Part shown: piece after piece, positions 35,201 to 46,688 of the stretch
Layout: each line of letters opens with the position of its first letter
Position numbering within the stretch: position 1 is the stretch's first letter
Assembly: GCF_040938485.1 (NCBI RefSeq)
Contig: NW_027271595.1
Coordinates: 434,001-498,000, forward strand
Direction: 5' to 3'
Length of the DNA: 64,000 nt
DNA from: Diadema antillarum
Lineage: Eukaryota
Made by a program: the position numbers and the translations under genes
Notes under the pieces: model-generated
The model's input: only the letters and a program-made list of their open reading frames with translations
What the model was told of the DNA's origin: nothing
Database searches by the model: none

Positions 35201-38200
35201 TACAAATAATATCACGTATATCTTCGTGATATCTTTAATTGTATGAGACAGGAACAATTATATTCATATGGAATGTATATATAGTATATAATATAATAGA
35301 AACAAAATGATTTAGCATTAGAGTTTGTACTCAGATTGTCATCAACACATTATGTTTGTTGTTTTTTTTTAACATTCAGTTGAGATGAACTTTTGTGTGT
35401 GAAATTAGTGAACAGCTACATCATAGTTTCAATGCATAAATGTGATTAACAGTTATACACAGATATATATATAGCATGCAACAACCATTTTGATAAATGT
35501 AGCATATGTCGTAGTTGTTATGGTTCCTGACTTAAATTTCAAATATTGTCTTGTGAAATAAAATGATGTGTATCACTTGGTTACACAAATGTGCTGTAAA
35601 TAAATCTACACTAAACATAATGAATGAATATACTATTTACACTGACAATGCTGCTAGTTTATCTTCCAGCATTGCATTACTCTTGGTACCGCGATGGGGG
35701 TCTGACTTCACGTCCATATCGCGTTATGTACCGGGTAGAGACTGATTTCCTATCAGATTGTCTTTGTCTTCTGTCTGGATGTTGTCTCCTTTCCTCACTC
35801 CTGTCGTCGTCTTCGAAGTGAACCCGTTTTGGAACTGTTGGCTTCGTTCCGGTTGGCATCTCTCTCAGGTGAGATCTATTTCTCCTCAAGATGCTACCGT
35901 TGGGAGTTGCTACTTCGTAGGATCTTGGTTCCTGACGTACTTTGCTCACTTCGGCAGGAAGCCAAGTGTTGTCTTTGGGATTCAGAACTCTCACTTTCTG
36001 TCCAACGTGCAGAGGTGGTAAATCCCTACCTCCATGCAAGTCGTGATTGTGTTTCATGTTCTCCTGTCTCTGAAACAACAAATCAGGCGTAGACGATTGT
36101 TTGGTCAAGTGGTGACTTGGAAGTGTTGTCCTGATTGGTCTTCCAAAGAGTAATTCAGCAGGTGATGGTAGGTTGGAGTCGATTGGTGTGGCACGAAAAT
36201 GTAGTAGTGCTGTCTGGATGTCTTGTCCAGTTCTGGTACACTTGGTCATGATTCCTTTCACAGTTTGTACCATGCGTTCAGCGAGTCCGTTGGATCTTGG
36301 ATATCGCGGAGACGATGTAATGTGATCAATTGACCATTTCTCACACATCTCTTGGAATGGTCTTCCAACGAATTGTGGACCATTGTCTGATATCAGAGTT
36401 GCTGGTGGTCCGAAAAGACTGAAGATACCACTCAGTATGTTTGCGACTGCCGCACTGGATGTATCCGTCAACTTGCGAACGATTGGATACTTTGAATGGT
36501 AGTCGGTCACCAACAGGTATTCTTCCTTGTTGAAAGTAAACAAGTCAGTTCCAAGCTTCGTCCACGGCGAAGTTGGTATGTCGTGAGGTTGCAAGGGTTC
36601 TCTTTGTTGCTTGACCTGATTTTCTTGGCAGGCGTAGCAATTCTTTGAGATTTGCTCAATGTCTTTATTGATGTTCGGCCAATACACGGTTTCCCTTGCT
36701 AGTCTGCGGGTACGTTCAATACCTTGATGACCCTGATGAAGTTGATTCAGGATGTCTTGTCTGAGGTCTGTGGGAATGATGACTTGATTGCCTTTGAAAA
36801 GTACACCATCTGATACTCCGATTTCATCGCGGTATGGCCAAAATGTTCTGACCTCTCTAGGTACTTCCTTGATTGTATCTGGCCAACCATTCGTGACGAT
36901 TTGCCACAGAGCTCGCAAGGTAGGATCTCTCGACGTCTCTTGTTGCAGCTCATTTCTTTTCTTTTGTCCAAAGAAGATAAGGTCAATCTGTGATATGTCG
37001 ATTTCCTCACAGATCTCTTCCACATTGACATCAAGGGGAACGTCTTGATTCTTGCTTGGATTAGGCATTCTGCTCAAAGCATCTGATATGATCATCGATT
37101 TGCCTGGCTTGTACTTGACATCATAGTCATAGCCTTGAATTTTGATGAGAAGTCTCTGCAAACGTGGTGGCGCACATCTCAGTGGCTTTCTGGTGATCAT
37201 CTCTAAGGGTTTGTGATCAGTTTGGACAGTGAACTGGTTTCCGAACAGGTATGTGTGGAAACGTTGTATTCCAAACACGAGGGCTAGCGTTTCTCTCTCT
37301 ATGTTGGAGTAGTTAGCTTGTGACGATGAGAGAGACTTTGAAGCAAATGCGACAGGTTTGCCTTCTTGCATCAAACAAGCTCCTAGGCCTTTTGATGATG
37401 CGTCGACTTCTAGGATCGTTGTCTTCCTTGGATCATAGTACTGCAAACAAGATTCTGCAGAGATCGCTTTCTTGAGTTCGTTGAAGGCATGTTGATGATC
37501 GTCTTGCCATGTGAATGGCACATCTCGCTTCAGTAGTTCACGTAAGGGTGATGCCTTTTCAGAGAAGTTGGCGATGTGTGGAGCGAGATAGTTAAGAAGA
37601 CCAAGGCACTTCTGTAGATCTTCTTTGTCTTGAGGTGTTGGCATGGCATGAATGTCTTCGATCTTCTGTGGATCAGGGCGGATGCCATCTCTGGTATATA
37701 CAGAGCCGAAGAAGTTGATGCTGTCAGTTTTGATGATACACTTCTTACTGTTGAAGACAAGTCCTTCTCTTTGGGCAACTTCCATCAGTCTGTGGAGGTT
37801 TTTGTCATGCTCTGCCTCGGTACGTCCAACAACTGCAATATCATCAGCGATACAGATGCATCCATCTACTTGACCAACGATACGGTCCATGTGTTGCTGG
37901 AACAAGTCTTGGCTGACAGAAAGTCCGAAAGGTAGGCGTGTGTAGCAGTATCTGCCAAATGGAGTACGAAAAGTTGTCAGCTCCTGGGATTCTTTGGATA
38001 GGTGAACAGACCAATATCCGGATTTCGCGTCGAGTTTAGAGAAATACTTTGCTCCGGAGAAAGCTGGGTTGACCTCTTCAAGAGTCGGAATCTTGTGGGG
38101 ACATCGTTTGAGATTCTGGTTTAATCTCCTGGGATCTAGGCATACTCTCAAGGATCCATCCTTCTTGAGAACTGTAGTAATCGAACTACACCAGTCGGTG

Positions 38201-41200
38201 TGATGGTCGATTTGTCTGATGATGCCTTGCTTCTCCATTGAGTCAAGCTCAGCCTTGAGTTTGTCTTTGATGTGGACGCTGCACTTTCTTGGTGCATCAA
38301 TGGTGGGGACAGCTCCTTCTTTGACATGTAGTGTTGCTTCTCCACGAAAGTTACCAATACGATCAAACTGTTGCGGATAGAGCACTTGCAGGTCCTTGAC
38401 AGATTTCAACGGAGACGGTCTGTTAGTTGGACTACGACTCTGAGGGTGCATCTCATGGATTGTTACCACGTGTAACTCACTGCACATAGGTAGTCCAATT
38501 ATCACTGGTCCTGAGACATCGACCACGTAGAAAAGTTGATCTCTCCACTCGGAGTCTTTGTACTTGCACGTGATCTGAAGGGTGCCCAAACAATGTATCG
38601 GGGAACCGTTGTATGCGGTAAGACGTGCTGAAGTCGGGTGTACAACTGCTTGCCACCTGCTTCCATACATGGCCTTGATTGTCCGTAGAGGGAGTGTATT
38701 TCCACTCGCTCCGGTATCGACCTTTGCATGTAAGATGTGTTGTCCACGTTTGCTGGGACAGATGATTCCAATCTTCACGAATGCTTCTTTCTGATGCACA
38801 GAATCGATAGATGCGTCTAGGTCGTTTCCCAGTATGATAGTGTTAAATTCCTCAAAATCTTCCTGGGTTTCTCCTTCTGGCTCTTTGGAGAACTCGGCTA
38901 CCTTTTGTTTGGTTGGCTGCCTGGTGGGTGTCTTCTGTCTTCGTGGTGAAAAACTGCGGTTACCACCTTGGCGTCCTCTGCTTGGACTTCGTCCTCGAAG
39001 CACTTTTCCGTGTTTTGTCTTTCTGCAGCATTTAGCCCAGTGTCCTTTGGAACCACATGCTTTGCAAATGTCTCTGTAGGCTGGACACTTTCGTGGTGGA
39101 TGATTCAAATCACAGTTACCACACTTCTTGCGTCTATCTTGGTTATGTGATAGAGCATCTACGTTGCTTGCAGAGGACTCGATCGAACGAAGACACTGTT
39201 TGCCTACGGCTATGGCTTCGTATTTCCTGCCTTCATCAAGGAGGTTTGCTATCTTGTAGCCTTTGGTTTGGTCTAGAAGATCTTTCTGGAACGCCTCAAT
39301 AGGTGTAGACGCAATGACTAGCTCTGTCACGCGTTCTGAGAGCTCATTTTCGGTAAAGTCACACTCTTTGGCTTTACTCCGGCATCTATTTACAAATTCG
39401 TCGATAGTTTCATTTGCGTGTTGACGATATCGCATCAGCTCCAGTCTGTGGATGCGAAAATTCAGCTTGACTTTCAGCTGACCTTCAAGAGTAGACCACA
39501 ACATTGCAGGTTTTTCTTGATCCTCATTGGATAGACCGGATGCGTTAATTCTACGCAAACCTTCATTTCCTACTGCAAGTTTGATTTTGATTGCTTGCTT
39601 CTTTGGGTCTTGGACATCGTTGTCTTGGAAGTATAACTCCATGCGTTGTTTGAATAACTTGAATTCTTCCGGCACATCAGCACTATTCCAATTCATTTCT
39701 GGATACTTTGCCATCGTGCGTTTTGATTTAGATTGAGTTGGAGATACAAATGATACAATGCTTGATATTAATGTCACACTTTGCAAACTTACGGCTGAAA
39801 GGTTACAGATATAGTTTACAAAGTAAACAAATCAAGAATAGTTTGCAAACATAGAAATATATGACACAAAGTCACTACTGATATACATGTATCAATAATG
39901 TACACTCTCCATGAATATGCCCTTAGAATGATAGTACACTTGCCCAGTACTTTAAGTAATTCTATGTTGAAATATGCTGCTCCTGACTTTCGTACTATAG
40001 CTCTATGGTATGCCTGTACCTGTGGGGATAGGGTTTAGGGTTGGGGTTGGAGTTAGAACATGAATGTGAGTCCTATCAATGCCCCTACAGTTCATATAGA
40101 AAGGGTTGAGATAGGGGTAACCGAAAAAGAGACCCTAACAAGTATGTGTTACTGGTTACAGCGCCCCACAACTCCTACAAGGGGGTTGAGATAGGGGTTT
40201 AATAGTTAGGGTTTTTCTCTGACTGAAGTGAGTTGATCGAGGGTACAAAATGATAACTTTTTTGTATGTGTTTTAACTGTTATACGCACGTTGGGGATGG
40301 GGCAAGGGGGGTGGGGGCAGATGAGCCAAAGACAAAAACAACAATAACAATAACAACAGGTTGTGTGTAGACAGTATACCAAATACTGTATACGCTGTTA
40401 TTTTCGCGAATGACGAGGTCATAGACATTTTCGCGAGATGTAATTGATTTCGCGAATTGACGCCAATGCTTACGTTATAAATGCTCTAACACAGCACATG
40501 GAGTCATTTTCGCGTGTTGTTAAATTCGCGATCCAACTGTGATTCGCGAAATTCGTGAAAATTAAACCCTCCGAAAATAACAGCTTATACAGTAAAAGTT
40601 AGTAACGTTAATCGTTAGATACGATTCCGATAATATTCGAGTGTGACACTGAGAGTGGTAGCAATATGAAATAGAGCCAATCGTGATCATGTTGTTGTCA
40701 ACTGTTGACTTGCCAAGTAATGATGTGAACATCCCTTTGTAAAATGCCAGCAATCCTTCCTCCCTGAGAATAAGTCTGAATGCGTGAACGATTCCCTTGT
40801 ATCTTCTCCTCTGACGATCGGTAGGCTGCACAATCAACCTTGTTTTTACCATGTCTGTTGGGTAAGTCACTATCGTCGCAGTCATCCCGCCGAGAGCTCC
40901 AGCAAGCATCGCTCCCGACGCAGTCAGACGACCGGTGTCGTCTGCTAGCAACACCTTGCACTTAGAAAATGCCATGAACTGGACGGCACTAAATGGACTC
41001 AGTCGCAAACAGCCGATAAGATTTCCTTTCCAAAATGCTCTGACTCCGTGTGAGGTGTAAATGTTGGCAAACGATCGCAAGAAACCTTGCTGAAGAGTCT
41101 CTTTCGAGCCTACTTGCATCCGAATTTTCACGACATCAAGGGGCGATGTGAACGTGCGACTGGTTAACCCGGCTACAGCGCCGCATGACAAATTCTGAAG

Positions 41201-41236
41201 ATAGGTAAGCCGACTGTCTCTACCCCCTCGAACCAT
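32240..41236 (-). CDS. SLC25A43: Mitochondrial carrier SLC25A43 (4 exons, ~332 aa)
   Basis: Exons 41236-40714 (MVRGGRDSRLT..PLDVVKIRMQ, PTDMVKTRL), 34125-33953 (PFDTVRKKLQ), 33291-33157, 32407-32240 (YENGYTISP..GVDQSMKPGEL). Three Px[DE]xx[KR]x[KR] carrier motifs; total 999 nt in frame; intron 1 uses a GCAAGT donor. Confidence 0.92.
34193..34579. mobile_element. Kolobok-like MITE
   Basis: TTAA|AGGG(T)A(T)GTACA..CTGGTTGAGGTG ... CACCTCAACCAGTACTGTACAGTCCCT|TTAA. Confidence 0.75.
34620..34811 (-). repeat. 3' LTR of the Gypsy element
   Basis: Starts TGTTGTG immediately after the polypurine tract and ends TTACAACA. Confidence 0.75.
35677..39714 (-). CDS. Gag-Pol polyprotein (1345 aa from ATG 39714)
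   Basis: Zn knuckles CGNC..H..C and CKACGSKGHWAKC; protease VDTGA; RT LPFGL and IADD; RNase H VDAS/TDHKPL; integrase H..H..C..C, DLF, SDNGPQF, SNGLAER; no stops. Confidence 0.95.
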   Translation of the reverse strand: MAKYPEMNWNSADVPEEFKLFKQRMELYFQDNDVQDPKKQAIKIKLAVGNEGLRRINASGLSNEDQEKPAMLWSTLEGQLKVKLNFRIHRLELMRYRQHANETIDEFVNRCRSKAKECDFTENELSERVTELVIASTPIEAFQKDLLDQTKGYKIANLLDEGRKYEAIAVGKQCLRSIESSASNVDALSHNQDRRKKCGNCDLNHPPRKCPAYRDICKACGSKGHWAKCCRKTKHGKVLRGRSPSRGRQGGNRSFSPRRQKTPTRQPTKQKVAEFSKEPEGETQEDFEEFNTIILGNDLDASIDSVHQKEAFVKIGIICPSKRGQHILHAKVDTGASGNTLPLRTIKAMYGSRWQAVVHPTSARLTAYNGSPIHCLGTLQITCKYKDSEWRDQLFYVVDVSGPVIIGLPMCSELHVVTIHEMHPQSRSPTNRPSPLKSVKDLQVLYPQQFDRIGNFRGEATLHVKEGAVPTIDAPRKCSVHIKDKLKAELDSMEKQGIIRQIDHHTDWCSSITTVLKKDGSLRVCLDPRRLNQNLKRCPHKIPTLEEVNPAFSGAKYFSKLDAKSGYWSVHLSKESQELTTFRTPFGRYCYTRLPFGLSVSQDLFQQHMDRIVGQVDGCICIADDIAVVGRTEAEHDKNLHRLMEVAQREGLVFNSKKCIIKTDSINFFGSVYTRDGIRPDPQKIEDIHAMPTPQDKEDLQKCLGLLNYLAPHIANFSEKASPLRELLKRDVPFTWQDDHQHAFNELKKAISAESCLQYYDPRKTTILEVDASSKGLGACLMQEGKPVAFASKSLSSSQANYSNIERETLALVFGIQRFHTYLFGNQFTVQTDHKPLEMITRKPLRCAPPRLQRLLIKIQGYDYDVKYKPGKSMIISDALSRMPNPSKNQDVPLDVNVEEICEEIDISQIDLIFFGQKKRNELQQETSRDPTLRALWQIVTNGWPDTIKEVPREVRTFWPYRDEIGVSDGVLFKGNQVIIPTDLRQDILNQLHQGHQGIERTRRLARETVYWPNINKDIEQISKNCYACQENQVKQQREPLQPHDIPTSPWTKLGTDLFTFNKEEYLLVTDYHSKYPIVRKLTDTSSAAVANILSGIFSLFGPPATLISDNGPQFVGRPFQEMCEKWSIDHITSSPRYPRSNGLAERMVQTVKGIMTKCTRTGQDIQTALLHFRATPIDSNLPSPAELLFGRPIRTTLPSHHLTKQSSTPDLLFQRQENMKHNHDLHGGRDLPPLHVGQKVRVLNPKDNTWLPAEVSKVRQEPRSYEVATPNGSILRRNRSHLREMPTGTKPTVPKRVHFEDDDRSEERRQHPDRRQRQSDRKSVSTRYITRYGREVRPPSRYQE
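40386..40592. mobile_element. TA-flanked MITE
   Basis: TA|CTGTATACGCTGTTATTTTCG..CGAAAATAACAGCTTATACAG|TA. Confidence 0.75.
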
Positions 41237-41689
41237 TTTGCAGAGATTGTGAACTGATCCCTGGTAATAAACGACACGTGAAGTCTAACTTCTAAGATAA
41301 TACAGGTCTTCGCAAGTCTACTCGTAGATTTACTTCAAGGAACGAACAGTTTCTCGTCATCTTCTCCCGGTTCCCTCCCTGAGCTGCGCTACCAACTCTG
41401 TAAAATCTGCTTTTCACGTTCAACGACTCACACCCACACACACACGAGAGATTCTGGAGTACGAGAATTTTATAACGTAACAGAGAAATCGTGATCAGTG
41501 TTAGAAATAGAAACCTGGGTAATTTCTAATAAATTTTCAAGAAATCGATTGCTTAAAATATATTATTTGTCATATTATTATTTGACTTGACTAATGATAT
41601 GTATTTTGGTGAAAATACTATTTATAAAATTTGATCAGAGCAAACGTTGTATTAATCGAGACAAATTTCATTTCTACGTCATCGTCAAG
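41237..41689. promoter_or_regulatory. Putative bidirectional promoter SLC25A43/UFSP2
   Basis: 453 nt between divergent ATGs; CpG-containing; YY1-like CAAGATGGCAGC spans the UFSP2 start. Confidence 0.6.
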
Positions 41690-44600
41690 ATGGCAGCGCC
41701 CTGTGGTCCTGGCGTTACGATTTTCTCTGGCGCTATTGAGGTATAGTTATCGTATTTTCTTCGACAAAGAGTAATGTAAACTTGTGTAAAGAGATTTATT
41801 GTTATTTTTTCAAGTTTTCTGTACAAGTTATTTGTTGGCTTGTCCTAACGGTACCACTTAAAAGCTGTTCGTTCCAATTCCATATGTGAGTGAAAGGTCA
41901 AACCTAAGTCCCATCCACGCTGAATCACGTTGGTTAGCCCCAGCTACACAGCTACAACTAAGAAAACTCGCTGATGCGCTGACGCTGCTAGTCCTGTGCC
42001 TGTCACAATGTGCAGGCTGTGGAACTTGGCTATACCCATAGCATGATAAAACCTTCATCATTTTAGCCTCTAGTAATGGCACTGGGAGGTCTAGGTCAAA
42101 CTTCGTTACTCATCGGTATGGTAACGTACGGGTATGGATAGAATAGAAGCTATAGTAATACTCCGCAGCTCCAAGGCTGCCAACTCTCACTCATTTGACA
42201 TTGAGAGTGAGACTCACTCATTTTGGTCCTTTCTCACTCTAAAACTTTATTTCATTTGCATGCATTTCTATTGATCTCACTCATTTTGACCCCTAAATTA
42301 TAGCATTGGCCTATATGGGAGTCTCACTCTCAACTAGTTTCCAATGTTGGCAGCGCTGCAGCTCTGGCATGGCTCAAACCCCATCCAGGCATCTTAGGCC
42401 AAGTAAAAAAAGAAACCAGTTTCTCGTCCTCGCGCGCATCGATTTTGGCCGCCGCATCGATTTTTTTACTATTTACTATTTTCAAAATGGCGCTGAAAAT
42501 ACCAAGAAATTCATAATTCTCGTCCCAGCCCGCTCCCCGCCCGCATCGATTTTCAGTTGCCGCATCGACTTTTTTGATATTTACTATTTTTTCGGCCGTG
42601 TCTGTAACTTGCTAGCTGTCCAAATCGGTTCCCCAGGCCATCGCACGCATGAACACATTCGAATGTGTAGAGGCCCGTACACTCTGCTCTGTAACGTTGC
42701 ATCTGATGGCGATGTATTTGAAGAGAAAATGAGTGCGCTTTTCCAGCAAATGTGGAATTATAAAATGGGTGTATCTACAAAATAAATAACTTTTCCACGG
42801 ATTCTGGTTTGTATCGTATTTCTGCGGGATACTTTTCTTTACGACGTAAATTCACGGACACGGCCATGAATCGTAACATCTGTAGTGTGGTATACAGGGC
42901 AGGGGAAGCTCGGTATATAAAACGAACACTGCTATAACGAGATATCGGTTATTACGAGGAAATTTTCCCGGTCCCAAATTTCCTTCCACACAAGTCCATG
43001 TAAAATGCTACTCTTATAGCGAGATTGGCTATAACGAAATAACTGCTATAACGAGATAAATTTTGTGATTTTCAAACAAAGAAAAACATAGCCAATCAAA
43101 CCTGATATAGCGAGGTAAAGCAAAATGTCTTCGGGTAAATCGCCTGTGCTATCACGGTCCGAGATTGTAAAGCTCGATGCGCCAAAAACTGTCTTGTACA
43201 CACACATTTTCTTCATGACAGTTCACTCTACAGCTAGCACCGCGTGTTGTACGTGTATGTGTGTGTGTGTGTGTGTGCGCACTGATACATGCAGAAAATG
43301 TGGTGGGACGGCCGTATACATGACATCATCATGACATTTAGCAAGTGTGAGGCAATCTGATGCTGTGATTGGCTTTCTACGTAGGGAATTCCCCATCTAC
43401 ACACACACATGCAGTCATGTACATACAGAATGTGTCACACACACACACAGCATTGTGCAGACCATATTCAAGCTTTCCACACACAACACCCATACCATAA
43501 CCACATACCAATCCACAGACGATCTTCACACAATCGCAAGCTATGTAGATTTACAAATTCAAACATCTATTCTACAATTAATAAGAAAAACATTCTTGAT
43601 ATCGGATTTCATTGGCGAAAAAACATCTTCTTACCCATAAAGGTGAGTAATTACCTCACACACATTAGCAAGTTATCAGTATTGATTGAAAGATGATGGG
43701 TAGTCCCACGTGTGCAAATTAATGTCTTTATGTTATGTTATGCCTTCTTTTATGCCTACTGATATAACGAGATATCGGCTAAAACGAGGAACACGACTCG
43801 TACCCGACCATCTCGTTATATCGAGTTTCCACTTGTACAATCATCATCCAAATGATGAGTGATTATCAAATGTCTTTTTAGAACATGAAGAAACATCTTT
43901 GTTTAATGCTATAATGCCATAAATCGTATCATTTTGACATCCATCTGCAATTGTACAAGCCAGTTTCCAGTTGAATGTGCTACAACACTACTGTGAAGAA
44001 ATGCATATATACATACACTATACCAGCTGTGTGGACACAAAATGTCACAAACACAATAATAAATAAAGCAGTGTTTTGAATATCATGGAATTCATTTCAG
44101 TCGTACATTTGTTGAAAGACATGTTTTATACCTGTTTCAATTAATAGCACAATGCATCAGAATTGCAAGTACACTGGTATCAGAAATGCCATTACAACAC
44201 TAAATACCAGTATTAAGATGGTCATTTTCCCTTGACATCTGTAATGGAAAGAAAAAGCAAAGGTATTTCTGCATGCATGAAGTTTCATTTCAAGTATGGT
44301 ACATATATCTATTTGTTTGAAAATGTTTGAGAGTGCAGGCAAGACATACACTTGGGACCTGGTTTTTCATAACACAGCTACCACTTAACAGAGTGATATT
44401 TCATTTCATAAATTGGATATAGAAAATAGTAAAGCCCTCTCTCGTTACTTTTCTCAGAATTACCGGACGAGAAACACATATTACTTTGATTTTGACAATC
44501 CTCGAAAAAATAGTAAGATATCAAATAGTAAGGACCTCCCTCATCGCCTTGCTCAAAAAACCCGGACGAGAAACTGCTTTCTTTTTTTACTTGGCCTTAA

Positions 44601-46609
44601 CGGCATTAGCTACGTTAGACCGATTGTATCTGTCTCTTCACGCGATCACGGTGAGCTTCTTATCCAGTGCTGGGACATGTATGGTCAGACATGTCCCAAC
44701 ATCACTCAGATAAGAAGCCCACTGTGAAGAAACAGATATTATCGGTCTAACCCCATCCCTGATTAATTACGAACGGTGTTCATTCTTGATTGGAATATGA
44801 ACATGATGTCGGTCAAGTTTCTATGATATTGAAGTTTTGAAGCTAAAATTGTAAAAATTAAAAGTGTTCATGTCTCACAGTGAACAGGGAGAGTTCTCAC
44901 TACATGTTTTACTTGTCAGTCAGTCAAGATATCCAAACACAATTTTTGTTGAAAATATCAAATTTATATTCAATGGCTCGATCAAAATTTCACAATGAAT
45001 AGAACTAAAGTTTAACCACTGTCCTATGAAATTTTACCTAAAACACTCATTTTGATAGCTCCTACAAATCATTCTTGCCTCACCAAGTTTTCAGAATAGA
45101 GAGTACCATAATACAGTAATAAATTTCAGTACCTGGTATATGTAGTCTATTTTGAAATGTGTGGGGTTTTTTTTAATTCATTCTCATGATTTTGTGAGTC
45201 AACCAATATTTACATTATACATGTATGAACAGTGACTCTTTAAAATTGCATTTTTCTACTCCTGCGAGGAGGATACTAATTACTCCACAGAATCCACATG
45301 TCAGGATGTAAATACTGAGGTTTTAAAACTGGTGCGTAGGCCATTGAGTAGAAATCAGTAACATCACATTAAACACTCTATCTGTGACAGTAACACAAAT
45401 TGTGATGTGGGTATCGTATCCAAAGTGGGAAATCACCAATTCTTCTCTTGAAAGTTTTATATCTTCAATACTTCTTACTCATTCTCTCAATGGGATTGTG
45501 GATGAAAATGGGAAAGTGATTCTATTTAAAATGGTCTTTTCTAAAATAAATTCATGTTTTCTTTGAATGTAGAATTACAGCAGAATTTGTCACATTGCAT
45601 ATAAATTCCTTTATTTTTGTCAGACCAATTGACCAAATCCTTGTTGTTGTCATTATTTATTTTTTCTTTATAGCAAATAAAGAATTTCAACTTTGCAAAG
45701 ACACTGCTGCTGATTGGACCTGATAATGAAGGTTCAGGAAATGATGATGGACCGATCACCATCTTGAGCTGCTCTCAGCTGGCCGGGGGCAGAGATCTGG
45801 CAGAGGAAGCCATCATCATCAATTCCTTACTTCCAGCAGGTAGACAGATTTAAGCACCTTGGGAGGGAGTACATCCATCAAACTTCCTTATAGTATAAGA
45901 CTTCCATATATAATAAATACGTCTACACAAACTCATGATCTTATTTGTTTTCTTTTAGTGTGTTCAATATCTTTTTATATGCTTTTTAATTCATTACAGT
46001 AGTATATTTATGCTTTGAAATATTAATGATTGTCAATGAGAAAAAAATGGTTTGTGAGTTATGCTACAAGTCTCAAACTTCCTTTCCAGCAAATGGATTT
46101 CTGTGCTACAGACTGTATGTTGATAGAGACATTGAAAAAAAAATAGAGTCATTGTGTCAGTATGCATATCATCCCAATTGTTTATATTGATTGTTTATTG
46201 ATATTGCCCATCCTGAACTATGTGGTATGTTTTCGTTGTTGCAGGTGTGAATGTGCTGGGCCTTTTCCTAACTCAGTCTTCAACATCAACTCTACCAAGC
46301 TATGTCACTGAAATGCTCTCTGGTGAAATTGCGAAGGTGAAACACTGCAAAAAGAAGCTTCACTGCCTCATAGCATACATGCTATCTTATTCCATCCACT
46401 GAGTACATTGTGGTAGCGACTGTAGTATAACAATCCTGCCTCATCAGTACAGCATGGTCATCGTTGGTCACTAGAATAAGATTCGTGATTGCTCAATCGA
46501 TACTTGTGCAAAATATTGAATCATATGGCAGTGATCATATGAAAAATAGTATATACCTGATGCATATCCTAATCATAATCTGTCACTCTTGATGCCTTTG
46601 AGAGGGAGA

Positions 46610-46653
<44 letters not shown>

Positions 46654-46654
46654 A

Positions 46655-46688
<34 letters not shown>

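Larger units (their letters stand above)
34620..39786 (-). mobile_element. Ty3/Gypsy (Mag/SURL-like) LTR retrotransposon, 5' LTR missing
   Basis: Single gag-pol ORF; PPT GAAGGAGGGGGA (34823-34812) abutting a 192-bp TGT..ACA LTR (34811-34620); no second LTR or PBS found upstream. Confidence 0.9.

Noticed and set aside
35758-39736. Many short plus-strand ORFs over the Gypsy pol, and minus-strand ORFs over IDS exons and the DIRS ORFs
   Set aside because: Antisense shadows of real coding frames with no independent motifs.
39790-40000. Possible degenerate 5' LTR (shares CAAGTGTAC and GCATATTC words with the 3' LTR)
   Set aside because: Only two short words match, with no TG..CA ends or PBS; an element with an intact ORF should have near-identical LTRs.
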